Shown here piece after piece: positions 37,341 through 51,289 of a DNA stretch of 64,000 bases. The notes under the pieces are model-generated. The model did not search any database and was not told the DNA's origin. It saw only the letters and a program-made list of their open reading frames with translations. Position numbers and translations under genes: made by a program. The stretch is taken from contig CM052821.1 of the NCBI GenBank assembly GCA_028534125.1, positions 52,390,001 through 52,454,000 of the forward strand, in the 5' to 3' direction. This DNA is from Lama glama. Lineage: Eukaryota. The stretch's first letter is position 1; each line of letters opens with the position of its first letter.

Positions 37341-39382
37341 AATGGGGAGGGGCAGGCAGTCGGGGTGAGGGCAGGAGCCACAGGCTCCCAGCTTTACGTG
37401 GTGCCCAAAAGGCAGCCACCCGTCTCAGCCCAGCGACGGCCACCGAGGGACCCCAGCAGAGGCCCAGCGAATGCCTCCACTCAGGCCCACCTCAAATGTC
37501 TTTCCTCCCTGCAGCTTCCCTAAATTTGCGTTCATCCCCTCCCCCACCAGGAGACACATGAATTGCTTCCCCATCTGGCTCGGACCACAGCCCCTGTCCT
37601 CACTTCCACAGGCACCAACATAGAAGGGTAATTATTTGCCAACTGGGCCTCTTTCGCCAGCAGACTGGAAGCTGTTCAGCCCTGGCATTCCAGAGCCCAG
37701 CACCGGGGAACGCTGGATGGCGTGGGGGACAGATGTCTGCCTGTGTGTCTGCAGCGGCAGAGGGAAGGGGTCTGGGGTGGTGTTGAGGAGGCAGCTGGCA
37801 TGTGGAGGGAGCTGGGGTGAATGGCAGGTGGTGGGTTTCCGCACAAGCCGAGCACGTCCCCTCCTTCCTCCATCAGTGCCCTTCAACCCTCTAGATAAAG
37901 ATTATTATCCCCATTGTACAAACTATGCCCCCAAGAGACAAAGCAACTTGCCTAAGATCGGGGCAGGTACTTGGGGGGGGGCATTTAATGCCCAGGTGTG
38001 TGAAGCCGGAGCCTCTCACCCTACGCTTGACGTGGCCCCCAGTGATGGCAGGACAGGTTCTAGGTTCCACCCTCTGTCCGAATGCTCTTCCTTTGGCCAC
38101 TTTGCACACAAACAGTGAAAGCCAGATGAGGTTTCTCACCAACTCCAGGAGTGCCAGGAGGACCGCAAGCAGGAGCAGGGCCCGCCCACCAGGTGAGGAA
38201 GACGTATGAACACGAGACGTTTCCTACTGGCTGGGGGGCGGCGGGGACCCCAGTGGTATTGACTGTTGATCCATCACAGTGATATATGATCGCATATGTC
38301 ACAGCAAGACACAGATAATCTGCTTCACGCTGTTTCCGAGCTCCTGGGGGTAGCAGGTTGTCTAAGCACCTCGATGCCATGGTGATAGACGTCATGTTAA
38401 TGCCTCCACGCACGGAGGGAGCATTAGAAAGGTATCGGTCTGCGCCTCCGGGAGTCTCTTTATGACTTGGCATCGGGAGGCAGCTGAGTGCCAGGCTGCC
38501 TCGGAACATGGACCCGGCTCTGCCTCCACCCCTGCCTGTCTGCTCCTGGGCTGCTGCCCCCTCGTCCCTAACGGTGCAGCCCATGCTCCAGATCTGCACA
38601 CCCGGAGCCCCGGGAGCTTTGCTGCCTCTGGGCCTGGGTCCAGCCCACAGCCTCTTACCTGCCCAGGGCCTCCTGTTTTGTCTTCTTCACCCCTAACTCC
38701 CCTGAGCCCAGCACAGTGCCGACACCTAGTATGTGCTTGATAAGTATCGGTGCACGGATGATGGATGAATGAGCATTAGATGGGGGTAAAGTGCCTTCCT
38801 CCTGGGCTTCCTGTGAGGGTGGGTGCCTAACATCAAGCCTGGCACACAGTAGGCTCCCAACAGACCTCAGTGGGATGGTGGGACTCCAGGGTGGGATGGG
38901 AGGAGGCCCACGCCCTCCCCATTCAGGCTCCTGGGCTCTAGAGCACATATGTGACTTGAAACGAAGTGGTAAGGGTCTTGGGTCATTATTGAGTTTCCCA
39001 GATGCTCTGAAGCCACACAGCCTCCTGGGGAGAGGCAGGCACCGACACTCTGCACAGAGTCAGTGGGCCCAGGCTGTATTGTCAGCGCCTTAGGGATCAG
39101 GTTGATGGAAATGAAACCGCAACACATTCAGAAACCTCATTTTCTTCAAAATTCTCCACCTTCTTTCACCAGTGAACTTGCTGGACTTTGCTCATCAACT
39201 CTTTTCCTCCCTTGTCCTGGGCGGGACCTACGAATAAGCGGGTGAAAGGAAGAGCAGAGGACACGAGGCCCTGTTGGCATCTCCCGTGGGCAGCCCCGGG
39301 CTTTGCAGCCTTTGGGCCAGGCGCCCACAGCTGAGTCTGCAGGCAAGGGCCCTGGAGGCAGCGCATTTCAGCTCTTACTCTG

Positions 39383-39480
39383 ATCCAGTCATCTGTCCGC
39401 CTGTCCATCCATCTATCCATCCATCCGTCCATCCATCCATCCGTTGGTCCATTTATTCATCCGTTCACTTATCCATCCAC
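39383..39480. repeat. Degenerate (CCAT)n tetranucleotide repeat
   Basis: ccatccatctatccatccatccgtccatccatccatcc, probably expanded from the adjacent L2 tail. Confidence 0.9.
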
Positions 39481-41144
39481 CCCTTCACATTTTGCTGAGT
39501 GCCTGTTCTGCACCAGGCACTGGCCTCAGCAGAAGGATGCAGAAGTGAAAGACCTCGCCTTTGAGGGGCCCATCTATTGGTGGGAGAGGGATAATCAGCA
39601 CAATTAAGCATCAAATAACAGTTCAGAGCCATTAATCAACACCAGACACTGTCCAGGATGATTTTAATCTACACGTCAATTTAATCCTCACTGCAATCCC
39701 ATAAGGTAGGTACTATGATCACTTCCATTTTACAGATAAGGACATTGAGGCACAGGGAGGTTAAAATAAAATTTGCCCAAGACCACACAACTAAGAAATG
39801 TGTCCAGGGGAAGCGACTCTGAGGATAGCTCCTGCTCACTGCTCCAGCCCACCTCACTGGTAGAAGTGTGTACAGAGCAAAGAGGGAGGCAGGGGAAGAA
39901 GCGAATTACTTGGGGTGGAGAGGGTAGGGGGTGCCCAGGAGGACTTCGTAGAGGAGGTGGCAGTTGTGAAGGAGGAGGAAATGGGAGAGCACACATGTCC
40001 CCTGCAGTCCTAAGACGCCTTGTCCACACAAAAATTAAAACTTTCCAAACTGGACTGCAATTGCTGGCCTCTGTACACTTAACAGCCTACTGTGCGCCAG
40101 GCAGACTTTAGTCATAGTTTTGCCCTCAAGATGTTCCCCATCTCCAGAGAAAAACAGAATCCCCAGATAGGATTTCCAACTGCCCCAAGTGAGCGAGGGT
40201 GAGTGAGCAAGCGAGGCGAGGCCCCTGGCCTGGCTGTGTTTGGCTCTGATGCTCAGAAGCTGCGACGTCTCCTTTGGTTTCCTCCCCAGGCTGCACTGAG
40301 CTCTCTGTTACTAGAGGTGTGCAAACCCATCTGGAGGCCATCTGCCCTGCACGAGGTGGGAGACTGCTGCCCGGCCTGGAAGGCTGGCCTGGCCAGTCTC
40401 CAAAGTCCCTTCTCAGTTCAAGCTGCCCTGATTTTCACCTGTTTATGAAGTATTTCTTTCATGACAGACACAGTTCTAAAGGCTTTTCATGTACTGACTA
40501 CTTCAGTCCTTACAGAACCGTCGTGTGGGTGGGTGTTATTACTGGCCCTATTTTACAGAGGAGGGAGCTGAAGTTCAGAGACGGTAAGCCACTTGCCTAA
40601 AGCCACACAGCTAGTAAGCAGTGGAACAAGGGCTTGAGCTCCTTGGCTGCACTTTTAATCACTATGTTCTCCTGTGATTCATTTGATTCTCCCAGCGGGG
40701 CTGGTATTACAACCTTTACTTAGTGATGGAGAGAAACAGAGTAAGTGGGCTGCTTGGGGTCTCAGAGGGGACCGGAGTCCAGGGTTTTCCTACTGACAAA
40801 ATACTAAGAGTTAGATAAGACTTTCCTCGCTAACTCTGTTGGGAGGAGGCAGCAAGGAGCTACACCCCCTCCCAAGTGCCTGCCACAATGAAAATAATCT
40901 TAAAGGTCTGAAAAAAACAAAGATGGCATCGTTTTTCAACCTTTATTCCATGTTTACCATGTGCCAAGGCCTTGTTAGGTTTAGGCCCTGGTACAGCTGT
41001 GTCCCTGGGAGAGACCAGCACGGACCAGGAGGCTAATCATTGGAGGGTCTTGGGTGCAGGCACCAGAGCTTGAAGGTCTTGCACTAATGCTGTCCCCCCT
41101 TCCCCTCTGGCCAGGGGACAGCCCCCAGGTTGTTCTGTGCTGAT

Positions 41145-41161
41145 GGCGCCACCTGGTGGCA
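41145..41161 (-). promoter_or_regulatory. CTCF consensus site
   Basis: Minus strand reads TGCCACCAGGTGGCGCC, a full match to the CTCF core CCASYAGRKGGCRS. Confidence 0.6.
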
Positions 41162-41533
41162 TATGTGGCTCTCACCTGGGATGTCTTCCTCTCCACCAGC
41201 GGCCTCTTCCCTCTCTAGGGGTCTTGGGCTGCCCAGAGGCCACCAGCCAGGGCTTGAGAAGCAACATTATACAGTGGTGGTGGTGGTGGGGGAGTGGACA
41301 GGGCAGGCAGGACTGGGAATGTGCTGGGGGCTGGGCGTGCCGGCTGCAGGGCCCCACCGCGCCTGCCTCTCTGCCGCCTTTTCTCCTCACCCACAGGAGC
41401 CTCCTTAGAGCCCGCCCCTCTCTGTTCTAACAGCGGCTTTGGCTGGGAGCACTTTAACTCCTCTTGGGGGAACTTCATGGGAAGCAGTAATTGGACCCCA
41501 GGCAAACCAGTCCCTGGCTTTGCAGGGACAACT

Positions 41534-41544
41534 GGGGACTTTCC
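41534..41544 (+). promoter_or_regulatory. Canonical NF-kB site
   Basis: GGGGACTTTCC, identical to the Ig-kappa enhancer kB site. Confidence 0.4.
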
Positions 41545-44500
41545 AGGCAGGACTCCTCATGGTGAGTTCAGCCAATTAAGGAAGCAATTAGCCTCCCCTG
41601 AGGCTAATTCATGCATCATCACTCCGCACAGTTCTATGGTCCTTTGGGACAAAGGGCCTCCGTCCCTGTGGGCAGAGGGATGTGTGTGGCAGCCACTAAC
41701 CACAAAGACTCCAGGCCTCACCCAAGATCCAGCTCCACGAGGCTCTGGGAGGCCAGAGGACCCGTGTGTTTAACAGCTGCTGCTTCTCACACTTGAGCAA
41801 CTGCCCGAAGCACTTCCCAAGGCAGATCCCCAAGGGGCTGTGGGCAGGACGGGCAGCTCTCCAGGCAGCCTGCTTTGAGGGGCCACTGGCCAACGAGAGC
41901 CCTTCAAAGAGAATTGGTGGTCCCTCTCTCCTTCCCTCTCTTTTTCCTCTCACTTGTCTCCCCTCCTCCACCCTTCCCCTTGGAAGGCCAGCTGGTAAAT
42001 CTGGAACAAATCCCCTCCATTTACACGCCTCCTACCGACCGGGGTTGGGGTAGGGGGTGGGCAGTTTCATCACTTACAATATGGGGGATAGATATCTGCC
42101 TTGCACTGATTGGTGAAGAAAAGTTGTAGTAACAGATGTGAGAGCACTTTGCAAAGAATAAGACGTTGGCTGAAAGTAACTGTCCTGCCTTAAACCTTTC
42201 CCGAGCCTCTCTCCTGCAGGTCTCTTCACAAGGGGCTGGGGCGGGGGCAGCATTCACAGAGAACAAGAGTCCAGCCCTGGGAGGTGAGGCAGGTACAGCC
42301 CCCACAGGTGGGCAGTTATGGATGAGGAAATCTGCAGGTCTGGGGGGCAGCAGGGAGACATGCAGAGGGGGTGGGGAGTGGGAACCGGAGGAGGGTCAGA
42401 ATGGGAAACCTTCCAGGCAGCGTGGGGCCCTCCAGTTGGCCCTGGTAGGGCTCTGGAAGCAGGGTGTGGGGGCTGGGCAGCGGCAGGGGACTCTCCCACC
42501 AGCCGACCCGACCCCTCGGGAAAGCTCTGCCCTCCCTCTCCTCCCTGCCCGGAGCTGCTCGTCCTCTCACCTGTCTCCCCATCGCACTGTGGCTAGGCCA
42601 GCTCCCTCAGACTCCCGTGCCCGGGGCGGGGGGGACCTGGGTCACAGTCAGAAGGACTTAGGTTCACAAATGGCAAAGAACCCAGGTCAATACCTCTAAT
42701 TCCTATGGGAGTCCAGAAGTCCCTCCAATGACCCACAAGGAACTTTTGTTCACTCGTTCATTCATTCAACAAACATCTCCAAGGCATTGCTCTGGGCCAG
42801 GCCAGGGTCCTGGGCACCCTCCACCTAGGACAGTCACAACCTAGTGGGAACCCAGCCTGAAGGGGACCCAAGCCCAGAGCAGGCTGAGCCTGCCAAGGAA
42901 ACCACGGCCACAGCATTCACAAAGTCTTAGTAAGAAGCTCCCTGGAGCAGAAGACAGAGAACCAGCAGGAGGGGCTGGGATGTCAGGTCCAGGCTAAGGA
43001 GGGGAGGCGGGAGAGGGGCCCAGGGGGGCCAGACTGGGAAGGTCTTCCTCCTCCCCCATCCTCTGATGAAACTACCTTCTCTCTCCAGGGTCAACAGTCA
43101 GATGAATAAAAACATTTATTTTTCTGTTAAAAAATTACTGGTATTGCAATAGTATCAATTTCTACTGTTTGCATTTCACATGTATAGATTTTCAGCCACA
43201 CTCTGAGTTAAGCAGCTTTCTAGCTGTTCCTGGAAGCCTGGCCTCATTTATGATACAGTTTCTGAGTGGAAAGACTTTCTCCGGAAGACAGCTCATTTGG
43301 AAGTAAAGAGACTTCCTGCGTTCACTGGAGTGAAAATCTCGCTCTGTACAAAGCAGTGAGGAGAGGCCGTGGGCTCTGTAGGACCAGGAACCCGCAAGGG
43401 GCGTGCTGATGGGCAAGAGCCCCTCATCCAGACAGAAAAAGGAAGGGAAAGAATCAGCTGAGGCAAATACTCCTGAGGCATTTCCAGCTGGTCACAGCAG
43501 GTGAGCAGCTGCCCTGGGGCCCTGAGAGCTCACTCACCCTGAAGCCTCCTGCTCAGGAAGCGCCCCCACGCCCAGGAGGCCAGAGGGAGGTGTTTCAGGC
43601 TCCTTTCATCCGAGACGTGGGCAAAAGTATTCCTGAGCAGCAGCCCAGCCTGGCGGGGCGCCTGTGCCTGAGTCACTGCATCCCTGTGCCCCGCTGGCCG
43701 TTACTTTTCCTTTTTTCCTTCCCTGAATGTATTTACTGATCTTTATGTCACCACTCCCTGGAAGATGAGACATGCATATGTTGTGACCATCCCTGAGGTG
43801 CCCACGGGACCGGGGCTGGGCTCCTGGTCAGAGGCAGCTGAACTCAGAGTTTGCCACCTGGCCTGGGGCTTGAACCCAGGCAAAGTTCCCCTCACTCCTC
43901 ACCCACAGCCTTCCAGTCCCCTTTGACAGCGCCCTGCGGTCCCCTTCCCTCAACATCGAATTGCCCACTCTGTCCTGGCCAGTGCCTAGGGGAGGGGAGG
44001 GTGTGGGGCAGGTGGCCCCAGAGCGAACGGACCTCGTCTTTGCCAGATGCTGGGCTTGCTCCATCCTCTCAGCCACCCTGTCAGGCAGGTTCTACTGTAT
44101 CCACATTTTGCAGATGAGGAAACTGAGACCCAGAGAAGGGAAGTCACTTTTCCAAGACCATACAGTCAGCAAGGGCAGAGCTAGGGTTGGAATCCAGTCC
44201 CGCCTGCTCACAAGAGCTGCCTTGTAAGGATCTCTGGGGTGTCTGCACTCCCAGGTGAGTTATCTGCAGCCTCTCCCCCTCCCAGCCCCTAACCTGCCCC
44301 CCTCACCGGCCATAGCCATCCCTTCCAGGGTGATGACACCCCCATCTCTGCAGGTCCTCTGCTAAGCACATGCATCTCTTGAATGAATAAATGAATGAAT
44401 GGTAAACTGGGAGAGGAGTCCTGATGAGGCCTAACACAGAGATAAAAGGGGCCCCACAGGGAATTCTAACCAAATTAATAATAGATAAATATGACTTTGG

Positions 44501-44899
44501 TTACAAACTTGTAGAAAGTAGATGTCAGAATCTGAAAACGTAGAAAATGTAGGAAAGAATTGGCCAATGTGTAAAATTATAAAAGAACAGGAAAAGTTGG
44601 CCTCAGAATGGGTTTCCTCCTTCAATTCAATTCTTCAGGTGTTTAAATGGTGCGCCCCAGGACAGGGCCTCGTGATTGGTGCTGTGAACACTGGAAAATC
44701 AGACACCGTCCAGATCCTCCCCTTCCCCTTGTGGGGACACCAGATCCCTGTGTCACAGACTCCCCATGAGGGACATGACTCCCTGTTTGACAGAGAAAGC
44801 CCAGAGCTGCGGAAGCCAGTCAGCCAGGATCCACAGCCAGGCAGCGGCAGGACCAAGCCCCTCTCTTCTCTGTAAACCACTTGCTTTCGACGCAGAGGA

Positions 44900-45690
44900 A
44901 CTGGCGGTCTGAGGCTTACACAGTTTTGAGGGGGCTCTCAGTGGGGGGAAAAATGCCACAATTACAGAGCCAAAATTAGGTATGACAGCGAATATTAACT
45001 TCCCCTTCTAGTGAGAGTAGAACTCACAAGTTACAAATTCTAAAAGGCTGACAAAACCATAAACATCAAGCAACTCAGGAAGGTAACAGGATATTCTGTA
45101 TTAACTACCCAACCACCTCTATAACCCATCCCCTGGGATTTTCTGGAACATCATACTCCATAGACAGAGTGTAAACTTGGACCAAGTTTCCTTCATAGGT
45201 GAGCAGGAAGAATTCATGGCACATTCAGTTTCCTCACACAGGGACTAATCTTAAATGCTGCTTGGATGGCTGACCCTCGAGACCTAGTGTGGCTTTGATG
45301 TCTTCTCTGCAGGGGCTTATGAGTTTTGTGTTACGTTTGTTGGTGTCAACGTCATACAAGAAATTTATCTTAGTCCATCGTGTTCATTGGATGTCGTCTT
45401 CTTCACTCACTGATGGAGAATCCCTGGAAACCATCCATACCCTCAACAGCCCAAGAACTGGGCTACACGGGGAGGTAACTGTGAGCCACGTGAAACAGCC
45501 CACGGTCCCGAGCTAACGCATTCCCAAGCCGACCTCCTCCAGCATGCCCACAGCCAGCCCAGCACCACCCGCCTGGATGAGAGGTGGGAAGGGAATCACA
45601 GCGGAAAAAAGTTTAACTGACTGAAGTTAGAATGTCTCCCATCTGCAAATCTCATAGAAACCTATGACCATGTGAACACACTGCAATGAC
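44900..45690. mobile_element. Zaphod/MER115-like hAT-Tip100 relic
   Basis: aaaattaggtatga...ttacaaattctaaaaggctgacaaa and tatgaccatgtgaacaca resemble the recalled Zaphod consensus. Confidence 0.6.
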
Positions 45691-46720
45691 ATATTGCAAT
45701 TCAGTGGTCAAAATAAAGGATTTGCTTTTACTGAATGGCACTAATAGAGCAGTGCACGCAGGCAGGTGGAGCCAAGCCCCTCCCTGGCTGAGAAAGTGCC
45801 CCAGAGGGGATGCCAAATTCCCCTAGTTTGTGGTCTCCCTGGGAAGGACCAGCCTTCAGAACAACTCTTGCAGGTAGGGGTGGCTTTTCTGCCTTATAGG
45901 AAACTGGGTCTGGACTTGGAGGCAGGAGATCTGGGTTCAAGACCCAGCCCTGACATTTCCTACCTGTGGGCCCTGGGCAAGTCGCTGGGTCCTCCCCTCC
46001 TCTGACCCTCCCCTTCCTCCTCCGCGGGGAGACCAGCTACAGAGTGGGAGAGCCTGTAAACTGTGGGAGGCCGTGGATGTGTGGGGCTATTCCCTTCTGT
46101 CTGGGGACCACTGCCATTTAGGACTCTGCAGGAGGTGTTTCCCACCAGGATTTTGAGCCAAACTCCCAACTGGGCTGCGGTTTACCAGCAGGCCAGTCCC
46201 TCCTCCCCGCCACCCTGGCCCGGGCCTGCCCTCCACGCCAGGCGCTCTGACTACCCAGGCACCCCAGCAGTCAGGCTCTGAGGGGCAACGAGGCCTCATT
46301 TCCTTTTCCTTTCAGGCTTGACGGATGACAGAAGGCTCCTCCTCCAGCTGCCAAGAACTCCAGCCCGCATTTTTTCTCCAACCCGATGGTGCAGGACCCA
46401 GCTCCCCTTCATCCTTGCATCAAACGTCTGTTTGATCCGTTTTTCATCCATTTTCCCAAAACGTGGTGATTTGAGGCTGTTCTGAATCTTGCAGGACTAC
46501 ACGTGTTGCACACTGGCAGTGCATGGGTGAAGCCCCAGATCTGGTATTGGATGGATGCCCTGCTGTCTGGCAGCCCCTTCATCCCCCCATGGACCCCAGG
46601 GTGCCTGGCTATCTCCCCTCTGCCAGAGCCCCTGTAAGGGACAAGGGACACAGGATCACTTAATGCCCTCTGCAGAGGGTCAGGAGAGGCGGTGAACCTG
46701 TCCTCACTGGGTGGAGATCT

Positions 46721-46736
46721 GCTGCCCCCTGGAGGT
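46721..46736 (-). promoter_or_regulatory. CTCF-like site
   Basis: Minus strand reads CCTCCAGGGGGCAGC. Confidence 0.4.
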
Positions 46737-48199
46737 CGGATAGGGAGGCGGGGGTTGGGGGAAGGGGGTTGGGAAGCATAGAACAAGGCCACATCCCTGT
46801 CCAGATAGCCTGGATTCCACAGCCTCTCTGCTCAGCCTTCCTGACAGTGAAAAAGACTGAGTTGGTGCGGGTTGAGAGTTCTGTATCTCGCATCTTTAGT
46901 AATAAGCTTTCTCATTTGGTAGCAAATCCTAGTTTATAAAGCATTTTTTTCAACCATTTTTTCCCTTGAGCACAAAACCCTGTCGGGTGGCAGCTCCCTA
47001 TGTCTTAGAGAAGGGAGGCGGGGATCCGAGAAGCTGTGCCAAGTTCATGAGTTACAGTTCAGGAGGCTTACAAGTTGGTCAAACAATGCAAAGGCCAGGG
47101 GCGCCCGGATGGGGACCTGCAGGTGTCAGGACCAGGGAGCCAGGGGCCTGGTAGGCAGGGCTGCAGGTGGTGGGAGTGGACCCCAGACCACGGCTCAGGA
47201 AGGAGACCCTGAAATCTGAAGGGTAAGGAAGGAGACAGAACAAAGCAGGTGGAAACAAGGGCCAGTGAGGGTATTGGGGGGGCAGAGTGAAATCGGAGCT
47301 CAGAAAGTATAATAATCAAAGATCTATAAAGAAAAAGCTCATCACCCCACCCTCCCAATCCCCAGTCCCTCTCCCCCAAAGGTGGCCACATTCTCAAGCT
47401 CACCTGCAACCTCCTACACTCTCCTGACCTGCACACGTATAAAGCACAGAGCCATGGCCAGGGAACTGGGCTTGCTTGGTTTTACTGCCCTCGGGCCATC
47501 CTCACTCTTTTCATGTGCATGCACCTTGCTTTGGGCTTGTGGGCAGGCGGGAGTGGGGCAGCTCCCGCCTGCGCCTGGCCGGTCAGCTAAATTAGAAGGG
47601 AGGGCCAGGCAGGGCTGCAGTGGGGAAGCAGAGAGGACTGGCCCCGAAGGAGGCAGCCAGCCGGCAGGGAGCTGAAAGAAGCCAGCAGGAGGAGCTGGGG
47701 TGGGGCCGGGGGGGGACAGCCCTCATCAACTAAGGGAACTGGGGAGGACAGGGGTCCCCACAGGAAAATCAAGGCTGTTCCTGGGGGTGGGCAGTGCAGG
47801 GCAGGGGAGGATGCTGGGCCAGTAAAAACCGGCAGAACCACCCCTATCATAAAAGGATCTGTTTTTGCCAGGCTATTTTCTAATCTATCATCCACTGTCT
47901 CCCATTCCTCCTGGTCAGCTTGTTTCACCACAGACAACACCTGAGAAATTGCTGGGAGAAGGAAGGCGGGAGAAGTGACGAGGTTTATTAGGAACAGTGA
48001 GTTTGTGATTTTTCCGCTGCTGAGTGGCAACTCTAGTTCACCTCCCCCACCCTCCCCTCATGGGACGAGGAGATGGGGACAGTGAGGGGGCAGCCCTGCC
48101 CGAGGTCTGGGGGTGACGGCAGAGGACAGAGAAGGCTGTGGGGCCACCAGTGAGCACCAGGGCTCCAGCTCGCCTCTACCCTAAGAAAGTCTTACTGAA

Positions 48200-48648
48200 G
48201 GTAGTGGGTTGAATTGTGTTCCCCAAAAGATATGTTCAAGGACTAACCCACTGTGATGTGACTGTATTTGGAAATAGGGTCTTTGCAGATATAATTAATT
48301 CCTTTCATCTTGAGATGAAATCATCTTGGATTTAGGGGGGGCCTGAAATCCAAGGCTGGTGTCCTTGTCAGAAGAGGAGAGGACACACAGAGACACCAGA
48401 AGGAAGGACATGTGAAGATGGAGGCAGAGACTGAGGTGATGTTGTTGCAAGCCAAGGGGTGCTGGGGGCCACCAGCAGCTGGAAGAGGAAAGGCAGGATT
48501 CTCCCCAGAACCTTCATCAGGAGCGCGACCCTGCCAATGTCTTGATTTTGCACTGCTAACGTCTAAAACTATGAGAGGATAAATATCTGTGGTTTGAAGC
48601 CACCCAGTTCGTGGTGCTTTGTTATGGCAGACTCAGGAAACTAATACA
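48200..48648 (+). mobile_element. Full-length MLT1B/C solo LTR with intact TSD
   Basis: gtagtgggttgaattgtgttcccc...ggaaactaataca; perfect 5-bp TSD CTGAA at 48195-48199 and 48649-48653. Confidence 0.92.
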
Positions 48649-49224
48649 CTGAATAAAGAAACCAAGAGAGGATCATTAGAAAGAATGGTGAATTTCCTTA
48701 AGAGAAGGCAGGTGAGTGATTTTAAACATCTCTGAAGGCACTTGGGAGCAACCCTTTTACAACACAGAGTTGTAGGAGGGAAATAAAGTAATCTTTTATT
48801 GTCAGGACACATAGCCTTATGAAAAGTCTGGAAAATAGAAAAGAGCATTTACCAGTAATCCCATGATACCCTTTGGACTCTGCAGACCTGGCTTCAAATC
48901 CCCACTCCATCTTCCTTTTGACTAGGATGTAATTCACTTCTCTGAGCCTCTATTTACTCATCTGTGAAGTGGGGACAATAATCCTGCCCTCCCAGATTTG
49001 TTAGGATTAAATAAGAAAACACACTCGAGGTCCCAGCATGTGCCTGGCTACTCTTCACATCTTAGTAAGGTGCTCATTGAATACTTGTTCCTCCCTCTTT
49101 CTGATAAAAAGACCCAAAATTATGAGAGTGGGTTTGTTTTAAAATCTCCAGATTTGGATGTATCACAACTTTCTGCCTTTATTTGGAAACAGTGAGGGGT
49201 TTCTCTTCTCTTTTAACTTTCAAA

Positions 49225-49745
49225 GATTCATTTTAAAATTTGCATACGGTAAACCTCACTCTTTTTGGCAGACAGTTCTCGGGGCTTTGACAAAGGCAGA
49301 GTCAGGTAACCAGCACCACAGTCGACATAAGCAGCATTCCACACCCCCTCCCCAGTCCCTCCCGGGGGCCCCTCTGTGGTCAGCCCTTCCTCCAGCCTCT
49401 GGCCACCACTGATCTGTTCTCCTTTTGCCTCTTCCAGCAGCTCACAGAAGTGGAATCACACAGCATGTGGCCTCTGGAGTCTGAATTCTTTCTCTTGACG
49501 TTAACGCTTTGAGGCTGGTCCACGCTGCTGCCTTGGGTCCCGTGAGATTCCCTCTCACAGCTGGGCGTGCTTATCAGCCTGAGGACCACGGCTGGTAGCC
49601 CCTCCGGGTGAAGGACGCGGGCTGTTCCCAGATTCTGGTGATTATGGATAAAGCTGCTATAAACATTTCCCGTCTGGGTTTTCGTGTGAGCATGAGTTTC
49701 CATTTCTCTTGGGTAAACACCTGGGAGTGGGGTTCCGGGTCTCGA
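49225..49745 (-). mobile_element. L1M 3' end
   Basis: ccaccactgatctgttctcc, tggaatcacacagcatgt, aaagctgctataaacatt; reverse L1 3' region. Confidence 0.85.
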
Positions 49746-50498
49746 TCAGGTTTCTAACGACCTCTAAGTTAGACCTGCTACGAGGTTGGGTGGGAGAAGG
49801 GCACGGCTCCGTCAGCTCTGGGTCCCCACCAGGAGCACAAGGATGACAAAGGTCAACTGACTGAGGAGCAAATGTCAGGGGTCACTTCAGCCTCCTCCCA
49901 TCTGTGCCCTTTCCCTCAGAACGGAAAAATCGTTGTTTTGGTTTCATTTCCTTTCTCCCACTAATGTTAGGAGGAGGTGCCCAAGAGCAGTAAAAGAATG
50001 AAAAGGATCAAAACAGCCCAGGAAAGGGCTGAATGGCCCCTAAACTGGATGATCAAATCCTGAGTAATTGGGAATCAATATTAAAGGACAAAATAAGACC
50101 TAAAAAAACCCCTCACTATATCCTGTTTTTTTTTCTTTATCACACAACATTACATGTACTTCTAGTGTGCCCTGATCATAAGGGAGGAGGGAAGTTCTAA
50201 AGGCGAAGAGGCTGTTGCCCTAGAGTCAGATGGGGACCCACCGTCCTCACCGTAGTGGCCCCTGGCTGGAGTCTCTCTGCAGAGCAGTCCTGGACAAGGA
50301 GGCTTGGGCGGCTGGACTTGCCCCGTCACTGCCGCTGGGAAGGCAGAGCCACTCTCCTCATCACCCCGGGCCCTGGTCCTGCCCAAACGTAGCCCTGGCA
50401 CAGCTCAGGGCCGGGGCACCAGCCCTCCCTGCCTTGTCTGTCTCCATAGCTCTAGCCGTTATTCAAACAGTCCTTATTGCTAGAACAGTCACGGCAAC

Positions 50499-50834
50499 TG
50501 TACCAGTCTGGGTTCTCCAGGGAAACAGAACCAGTAAGATGTATATATGGAGGCTGGGAAGTCCTAAGATCTGCAGTCAGCAAGCTGGAGACCCCGGGGA
50601 GCCGATGGTATAAATTTCAGCCCCAGGAGAAAACCCAGGTCCCAACCCAAAGACAGGCAGAGAGCAAATTCTCCCTTCTTCCGCCTCCCTGGATCCACAC
50701 TGGGAGGGGGATCCACTTGACTCAGTCTACTGATTCAAACATGAATCTCACCCAGACACACCCAGAATGATGCTCGACCAGATGTCGGGGCACCCGTGGC
50801 CCGGTCCAGTTGACATGCACGATGAACCATCCCA
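50499..50834. mobile_element. MLT2 (ERVL) solo LTR
   Basis: tgtaccagtctgggttctccagggaaacagaacc...actcagtctactgattcaaa...aaccatccca; TSD gcaac/gaaac. Confidence 0.85.
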
Positions 50835-51289
50835 GAAACCAGGGATGAAGAACAGTCCTCATCACCTCCGCCCGCCCAGGTGGTGCACATGTGGGGCAGC
50901 CCCTCCTCCCCGAGTAGGGTGTGGTGGGGCGACGCCTCCTCAGGCCTGGCCGCAGGTCCTGTGCTGGGGTCTGGCTGCAGGAGGCCAGGCCAGGGAGGGG
51001 AGGAGGGCAGCCGGTGATGGCTCCTGGGTCTACGCATGAGTTTTGCAGTGTATCCCCTGAGTTCCACTGCAGCCTGCCCCCGGGCCAGGGATGGGGACTG
51101 TGTTTAGCTCTGGTGCTGCAGGGCCTGCAGGTGCAGACGTGCCATCCCTGCTCCCCGCTACTGCTTCCGGGCTAGTCTTCTGCCTCTTCTCCTCAAGGCT
51201 GCCCTCCGCACCTCCTGTCATCAGCTCTTCTTACCTGTCACCTGTCACCTCTCCTTGAGGCAGGTGCCCAGCCCTCCAGGCCATGCTGC

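Noticed and set aside
41176-41270. Possible alternative upstream NFAM1 first exon (minus; CAG|GTGAGA donor, ATG present)
   Set aside because: Its ORF ends in phase 2 whereas exon 2 needs phase 1, and there is no transcript evidence; at most a non-coding exon.
47840-47941. Minus-strand exon-like reading VLSVVKQADQEEWETVDDRLENSLAKTDPFMIG behind a plausible acceptor
   Set aside because: No good donor, no partner exons and no recognised homology; it also overlaps a competing plus-strand reading. Unresolved rather than supported.
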